DNA of 64,000 nucleotides from Eledone cirrhosa. Lineage: Eukaryota. The notes beneath the pieces are model-generated. The model did not search any database. It had not been told where the DNA came from and saw only the letters and a list, made by a program, of their open reading frames with translations. Both the position numbers and the translations under genes were made by a program. Shown in pieces: positions 55,982 to 64,000 of this stretch; position 1 is the stretch's first letter, and each line of letters begins with the position of its first letter. Where the stretch lies: NCBI GenBank assembly GCA_964016885.1, contig OZ024746.1, positions 62,124,001 through 62,188,000 on the forward strand. Reading direction: 5' to 3'.

Positions 55982-56196
55982 ACACACGTATGCGTGTGTC
56001 TCGCGTGTATGTGTGTATGCATATATGCGTACGTGTGAGTTTACACACATACGCATACGTATACATAAATATATTTATGTGTATCTGCATGTTTGTATTA
56101 TATATATATTATATATATATATATATATAATAAATAGAGAGAAAGACAAAAGTGAGAGAGAGAGATGGGAGGGCGGGAGAGAGAGCGATAGAGAGA

Positions 56197-56264
<68 letters not shown>

Positions 56265-56587
56265 CCATGTTTTTGTGCTTGTACTGCTACCTTTGAGAAT
56301 GTGTGCGCATGCAATTAATGATGAATGTGATGTGTGTGTGTGTGCGTGTGTGTGCGTGTCTGTGTGAGCGTGGGCATGTGTGTGTGTGTGTGTGTGTATA
56401 CACCTCTGTATATCTAATTGTATGTATATGTGTGCGTGTGTGAATGTTGGAGAATTTGTCTGTATAGGTTTATGCGTCACCACCACCCGACTCTCTTCTT
56501 TAAAGATATGAAACGAAGAAAGAAGTATATATATACATATATACATATATACATATATACATATATACATATATATATACATAGTAC

Positions 56588-56782
56588 GTTATTCCGGGTT
56601 GAATCGGAGGTAACCACAGTAAGTAAGGTACTCAATACATAGCAGAGTATAAAAGTTTTAATATAGATGAGATTCTACAGGACTAGAACTGTTTCATTCT
56701 TTAGAAATCATCAGGATTCCTGATGATTTCTAAAGAATGAAACAATTCTAGTCCTGTAGAATCTCATCTATATTAAAACTTA
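56588..56782. mobile_element. Fold-back family H3
   Basis: Palindrome centred on tcatcagga-t-tcctgatga (~56718); core ctgatga-tttc taaa gaat-gaaac on both strands. Confidence 0.8.
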
Positions 56783-56790
56783 TATACATA

Positions 56791-56846
<56 letters not shown>

Positions 56847-56889
56847 CATATACACATATATATATATACATATATATATATACATATAC

Positions 56890-56960
<71 letters not shown>

Positions 56961-57005
56961 TATAGATATATAGATATATAGATATAGATATATAGATATA
57001 GATAT

Positions 57006-57101
<96 letters not shown>

Positions 57102-57334
57102 GCGATTTAAAATATACCTCATTTAGAACCTTAATTTAATCTAGATATTTCAGCCGATATTTCAAACTTTTGCGAAGCGCTGGGGGGATAAAGTTATTAT
57201 TAAGAATGGTGTGATCCTGGGCAGAGATGCTATAATATAGCTTACAAATATATATATGTGTCTAATGGTAGCGAAGATGCTTCCATGGGCGGTATGCCGG
57301 TTGAGCACTCTATGCACCTACGGAGCAGAGTACG

Positions 57335-57565
57335 ATAGAAGGGAAAACGAAAAATCAGTGATGCATCGGAACTCAATTTATTGCGTGTTACAATTGTTTC
57401 TTCGGAGCATATCCTCTTTCAGAAAGAGGATATGCTCCGAAATCAACAGACGTGTCCGAGGAACCACACACAGATCGCACCTCGAGCTGTTCGCCGTGGA
57501 AACAATTGTAACACGCAATAAATTGAGTTCCGATGCATCACTGATTTTTCGTTTTCCATTTTATA
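57335..57565 (+). mobile_element. Fold-back family H6 with inner hairpin 57400-57440
   Basis: Left arm stops at the reverse complement of GAAAC. Confidence 0.8.
57451..57515 (+). ncRNA. Hammerhead, family H6 (core CCGAGGA)
   Basis: cgtgt-CCGAGGA-...-GAAA(57499)-caattg-TA-acacg-c-AATAAA. Confidence 0.7.
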
Positions 57566-57765
57566 TATTTTTCCTGAGTTCAGTTTTTTTCGTCGCTATG
57601 GCAATGCGGCCCGATTATCGATCGTTGTATTTGATTTGCAAAGCTGTCTAAACGTAATGTTATAACTCTGGGGTAATAATCTCCATTGAGTGCTTAGCTG
57701 CACACCGAATCTGCATTCGTTAGCTTGGCTGCTGCCAAAAGCTTCGTTGATGCTGTACTAAAATT

Positions 57766-58520
<755 letters not shown>

Positions 58521-58552
58521 ATATATATAATATATATGTGTGTGTGTGTGCG

Positions 58553-58642
<90 letters not shown>

Positions 58643-59100
58643 GGAAGAAGCAATAACAGCGTGGTTTATGACAAAGGTGCATATGAAGGTATCGACGCGG
58701 GAAAGATCAAAAGCAAAGTTAACCTATGCTGTATTTGAAACCCAGAACCTAAGGAACTGCAACTAAATTACCACGAAGCTATTTCGATGATTAACGGCTC
58801 TGCCAATCTATCGATCTTCTATGTGTATTAATTGATTCCTATTCACGAAGACGTGACATGTTCGAATGGGTAAGAAGTTCGCGTCGCAATCATGAAGGTC
58901 TAGGTTCAATTCCATTGCATGGCAACATGAGCAAGTGTCTTTTACCGGTGCCTCCTGCCAATTCAAAGCTTGTGAGTGTATTCGGGTAGACAGAAACTGT
59001 GTGGAAGCCTACCAGATTAATTGCATCTATAATTCAATGATCCAATCTTTTCACACTCTGTGTCACATTGAGGATTTCGTTAAAAATAGACGTGCCTGTG

Positions 59101-59515
59101 GCAGACTTGTCAAATCTCCCCAGTCCGACGGGGAGATCTCCCACCCACTTTGGGGTAAGTGAGAGATGTTTTCTCTTGCGAAAATGGGTATAGCTTTCAT
59201 TATGTAAAATGTCAGTACGGTGGATTGGCAGTATCGGTAGAGAGTCGGACACCATGCTTTGCAGCACAGAGTTACAGCCCTTTACGGTCTGAGTTCAAAT
59301 CCTGCCGAGGTTAACTTTGCCTTTCATCCTTACGGGGTCGGCAAAATAAAGTACCAATCACGCACTGGGGTCGATTTTATCGACTTTCCCCTCCCCCAAA
59401 TTACTGGCCTTGTGCCTATACTAGAAATCATTACGTAAAATGTTGCCTCATTTTTCCCCGTTTCGAGGCACTTTTTTTCATGGCACTCGCTGTTTGAGTT
59501 TTTTAAAGGTTGAGA
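59101..59515 (-). mobile_element. MITE family M with nested SINE A (~59217-59430, plus)
   Basis: TSD cattatgtaaaatgt / cattacgtaaaatgt. Confidence 0.8.
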
Positions 59516-60037
59516 TGACTGCTATGGAATCCTCAGACATATACACGATCATTTAAAAAGCAGATATTTCAGTTAATTGAAAAACTGAATACCTATCAAC
59601 CAAACCGGAAAAGATTCTTTTATATATTCCCTACAATCTTTCAGTTTACTCAAGCATCTAAGTTCACCCCTACCCCCTTTCAATGTTTACTTACATTTTG
59701 TTTTAGCTATTAAATTACAGGTTTTATGTGTAAAATAGCAAATGTTCCCGCTACAACTTAGATGGAATGCATTATAAAGGTATTAAAATTGAGTGATACT
59801 TAAATTGAATTTAAAACAAGTACACACACACACACATACATATATATTATATATATATATGTATGTATGTATGCATGTATATATGTATGTACATGCACTT
59901 ATATATAACATATATATATATGTATGTATATATATATATATATATGTATATATATACTCATATATATACTCATATATATATATATATATATATGTAGGAT
60001 GTGAGTTTTATTGTAGTACATGTTCTGAAATATGTAC

Positions 60038-60083
<46 letters not shown>

Positions 60084-60341
60084 GTACATATTTCAGAACA
60101 CAGCGGTTTCCAAAGGCATTTTGAAGTAACAAATATATGCCAAGTTAAATCAAGTATACACACAAATAAAGGATCTTTGCAAATATACATACATGTTAAT
60201 ATTGAAATTTAAAGAGCTAGTCAATATATACACCCGTAACAGCCAAAGTATTCTTTAGTTGTTCCTTTCAACATTTCTCCCTTTCTCCTTCCATTTACTC
60301 AACATTGATATAACCCTTGCATAAAAATCTATAATAGATAA

Positions 60342-60945
60342 TTCTTTCTACTTTTGGCACAAGGCCAGCAATTATCCCAGTGCATTACTGGTACTTTATT
60401 TTATCGACCCCGTAAGAATGAAAGGCAAAGTTAACCTCGGCAGGATTTGAACTCAGATTATAAATGGCCATAACTCTATGCTGCAAATCATGGCGTCCGA
60501 CCCTCTACCAATACTCCCAATCCATCGCCTTCATTTACAATAACAATAATAATGGTTTCTTATATAGGCACAAGGCCAGTAATTGGGGGGAGGGGAAAGT
60601 CGATTAAATCGACCCCAGTACGTTACTGGTGCGTTATTTTATCGACCCCGTAAGGATGAAAGGTAAAGTTAACCTCGGCGGGATTTGAACTCAGAATGGA
60701 AAGGACCGTAACTCTATGCGCCAAAGCATGGTGTCCGACCCTCTACCGATACTGCCAATCCACCGCCCCTATCGATAATAGATAATGGCTTTTGATTTAG
60801 GGTCAAGGCCAACAAATTTAGAGGTGGAGGAAGTCAATTATATCGACCTTGGTACGTTACAGGTACTTTATTTTATCGAAGGATGAGAAACCAAGCTAAT
60901 CTCGGTGGGATTTGAACTCAGAACTTAAAGGGCCGTAACTATACC
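60342..60945 (-). mobile_element. Three consecutive SINE family A copies
   Basis: 60342-60530, 60553-60768, 60787-60945. Confidence 0.88.
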
Positions 60946-60994
60946 CTAAACGCTGCCCTAACCACGAAGTCACGTGCTTATAAAAAATGTCTAA

Positions 60995-61455
60995 AGTCTG
61001 TTTTAAGCCAGAAGGCTCATTTGGCCGGTACTTATCGCAGTTTTATGGCGTGAAGCGACTGAGAGTACAAGACCTCCCCCTGGACAGGACGCCAGTCCAT
61101 AGCAGGGTTAAACCCTCAGTTATTGCTGGTACTCATTTTCAGCTGAGCATACTGGAGCAACGTGAAATGTAGTGTCTTGCTCAAGAACACAACACACAAC
61201 CCAGGAATGGAACCCACGACATTATGATCGTAAGTCCAACACCCTTACCACTAGGCCACGTGCCTATGTGTGGATTGGCAGTATCGGGAGAGGGTCGGAC
61301 GCCATGCTTTCCAGCATAGTTACGTCCCTTTACGATCTGAGTTCAAATCCCGCCGAGGTTGACTTTGCCTTTCATCCTTACGGGGTCGATAAAATAAAGT
61401 ACCAGTAATGCACTGGGTAATTGCTGGCCTTGTGCCTAAAGTAGAAACAGTTATT
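60995..61455. mobile_element. SINE B (minus, 60995-61264) head-to-head with SINE A (plus, 61270-61455)
   Basis: Both tRNA heads visible. Confidence 0.85.
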
Positions 61456-61809
61456 ATTACAGAAGTCTAAATATCTGTGACAAGATATTGATTATCAGAT
61501 GATCATTTTCTAGATAGTTCACATCATCTTTACAGATCGAAACTGTTTTGATATTTATGTCTGTATGTGTGGAGGTGAGTGTGTATGTGTGTGTGTTTGG
61601 GGGGTGGGGGGTTAGCTGTGTGTGTGTGTGTATGTGTGTATTTGAGCGTGTGTTTATCTCTCTGTGTGTATGTGTGTCTGAGTAGGTTTGTGTCTGTATC
61701 TGTCATTCTGTGTGTGTAGGTGTTTGTGAGTATATGTGTGCGCGTGTCTATGTGTATCTGAGCGTATGTTTATCTGTGTGTGTCTGTATCTGCCTGTCTG
61801 TGTGTGGAG

Positions 61810-61867
<58 letters not shown>

Positions 61868-62157
61868 CTGTGTGTGTGCATGTATACATGTATGTAAGTA
61901 TGTAAAGGTATATATATGCATTACTTTTCCCTTCCCACAACTGGTATTTCTCTGTCTTCATCACCTCACTTAACTTATTCTTCTGTCATGGCCCCTGTCC
62001 GCCATGTTTTTGCGCCCTCTTAAGAAACCGTAATGTTCCTTGATTGACAATCGCTAGTAGGACAACACAATTGGGTCGAAATTATCCAAACAACTCATTC
62101 ATGTCCTATTGCCCTCTTTTCAATGAAAAAAAAAACTTCCTCTTCGTTGCATTCATA

Positions 62158-62216
<59 letters not shown>

Positions 62217-62238
62217 ACACACACACACACACACATAT

Positions 62239-62274
<36 letters not shown>

Positions 62275-62764
62275 TTCTAATACAATCCTCACTGCTTTCC
62301 TTTATATATTTTATTTTGTTTTCATTCAATCACTCCTCTGTTCATTCTGTATACCTTCTGCAGATACTTCTACTTCTTTGCTTTCTACCTTTTATCCGTT
62401 CACTATGCCACTGTAGAGTTTTTGTGTGTGTAAATATATCTATCATACACACATTAAATATATACATGTGTGAGTGTGAATGTATATATATATATGTACG
62501 CACATACGCACATACATACATGCATGCCCGCGCACCCCGCCTATATATCCAGGAGAAGTATCTTTCTAATTGCTAATACTATCTATCGGTTGCAACTCCA
62601 GGTAGAAGGAGCAACGTGAAATAAAGTGTCTTGCCCAAGGACATAACGCATTGCCTGGTCCTGGAATTGAACTCACAACCTCACGATTGCGAATCCAATT
62701 CTCTTACCAGTCAACCACGGGCATTTACTCCTATATATATATGAAGGTGTTTAACTATGTACCC

Positions 62765-64000
62765 GACAATGTATCCCAGTACAACCTGTCTCATGGTCGG
62801 GTCGTTGGCGACTAAACTGGCAACCCCACCAAGGTTTCTTGGTGAGGAGGGTGACTTTGGACATCCTGCAGGACTAAAAATAAAACCTGTCAAAGGGCAA
62901 AGGAACTCCTGGGAGCTCTTAAGAGCTCTTGGAGTCAATGGCCATCCAAAACCAGCACGGCCCGCCGAAAGGCGCTGCAGTGCCGGAAAAGTCAACTTCC
63001 TGCTACTAGTATGCTGGTAAGCTAGTACAACGTATCTCCAGACGGATAGAGTGGGTCCGTAGCTTTGGTTAGCGACTACTCTAGTGCTTGCAACACGAAC
63101 AATTAGGGCGAGGGTATAAATGCGAGGTTGGTATCTGGCGCCGGGTAACCCACCACACGGAGGAGAAAGCACCTTCTTCAAGACTTGGCTGTCAAATTCT
63201 TTCACATGTGTGTAGTAGTGGCGCCCACACACATTATTAGCTATTTGAAAAGATGATGGATTTCACAACTAACTGCACCAGGGTTCCTGTTCCTCAGGGA
63301 ACCACACTATATAGTATACCTGTTGATATAGGTCCAGCCCCTGCTTTCCCGGGTCCTGTTTCTGATCATAATGCACCTATAAAGGCATCGAGTGATGATG
63401 AATCCTCAAATCTCAAGGGATGGGGTTCATCTGATGGAGAAGAAACAGGTCCTAACCAAACAACAAGCAAATCTCGCTTAGTTAGCTGTAAAAAGCAAAT
63501 AATAGTTAGCTCCTTGAACACCAGAACCCTCCTTCCAACAGGTAGACTCCAGGAGCTGGCAGAGAATGCCAAACTTCAGAACATTGGCATCCTTGCGGTC
63601 CAAGAACACCGCTTTTTCCACCCAAAGGATGATCTCAAGTATCACACCCTAGGATCCTACCAACTTGTCACCTCTTCAGCCACCAAGAACCCTGTCAATG
63701 CCTCCGTCGGAGGAGTCGGCTGCCTTCTCTCATCTAAAGCCAGCAATAATCTTCTGGGGATTGAAACAATCTCTCCCAGAATCTTGGTGCTTATACTAGA
63801 GGGCAATCCTAGAACCACTGCGATATGTGTATACAGTCCTCATAACGCCTCTCCTGAGGATGAGGTAAGAGAATTCTACACGACCCTTCGCACAGTTGTT
63901 GAGCAAGTACCCTTACACAACTTTCTTATCACTGGAGACCTCAACGCTCAACTTGGCCCGGATGAAGTAAAGTTCACATACAATAGGGTTACTAACCGAA
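62765..64000 (+). mobile_element. RTE-type LINE, 5' portion (runs off window)
   Basis: 5' UTR shared with 2.7 and 45.5 kb fragments, followed by an APE ORF. Confidence 0.9.
63253..64000 (+). CDS. LINE ORF, AP-endonuclease (EEP) domain, 3'-partial
   Basis: ATG 63253, open to the end: SSLNTRTL, ILAVQEHR, GGVGCLL, ISPRIL, CVYSPH, FYTTL, ITGDLNAQLG, TNR. Confidence 0.92.
   Translation, partial: MMDFTTNCTRVPVPQGTTLYSIPVDIGPAPAFPGPVSDHNAPIKASSDDESSNLKGWGSSDGEETGPNQTTSKSRLVSCKKQIIVSSLNTRTLLPTGRLQELAENAKLQNIGILAVQEHRFFHPKDDLKYHTLGSYQLVTSSATKNPVNASVGGVGCLLSSKASNNLLGIETISPRILVLILEGNPRTTAICVYSPHNASPEDEVREFYTTLRTVVEQVPLHNFLITGDLNAQLGPDEVKFTYNRVTNR

Overview
Eukaryotic, AT-rich, repeat-saturated window with no recognisable host protein-coding exon. 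The SINE repertoire and the (TA)n/(CA)n/(TACA)n load suggest an octopus/cephalopod intron or gene desert (inference). Almost all ORFs in the supplied track are microsatellite read-throughs. Real coding remnants are retrotransposon-derived: an open RTE-type AP-endonuclease ORF from 63253 to the window end, RTE C-terminal fragments, a CRE-like C-terminus and two Tx1/L1-like 3' ends. Also present: ~20 tRNA-derived SINE copies, hAT/piggyBac/Tc1-like MITEs, a head-to-tail non-autonomous Helitron dimer and a 5-kb 39-bp minisatellite. Main observation: the short unique islands inside (TA)n tracts carry roughly 20-25 minimal type I hammerhead ribozyme motifs (CUGANGA...GAAA-palindromic stem III-UH, often followed by AATAAA) from about ten sequence families, as expected for Penelope-like element (PLE) pseudo-LTRs. 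Many are fold-back palindromes whose inversion point lies inside the ribozyme (often the stem II hairpin), and two families show flip/flop loop isomers, suggesting hairpin-primed copying. All structures were read by eye, not computed.
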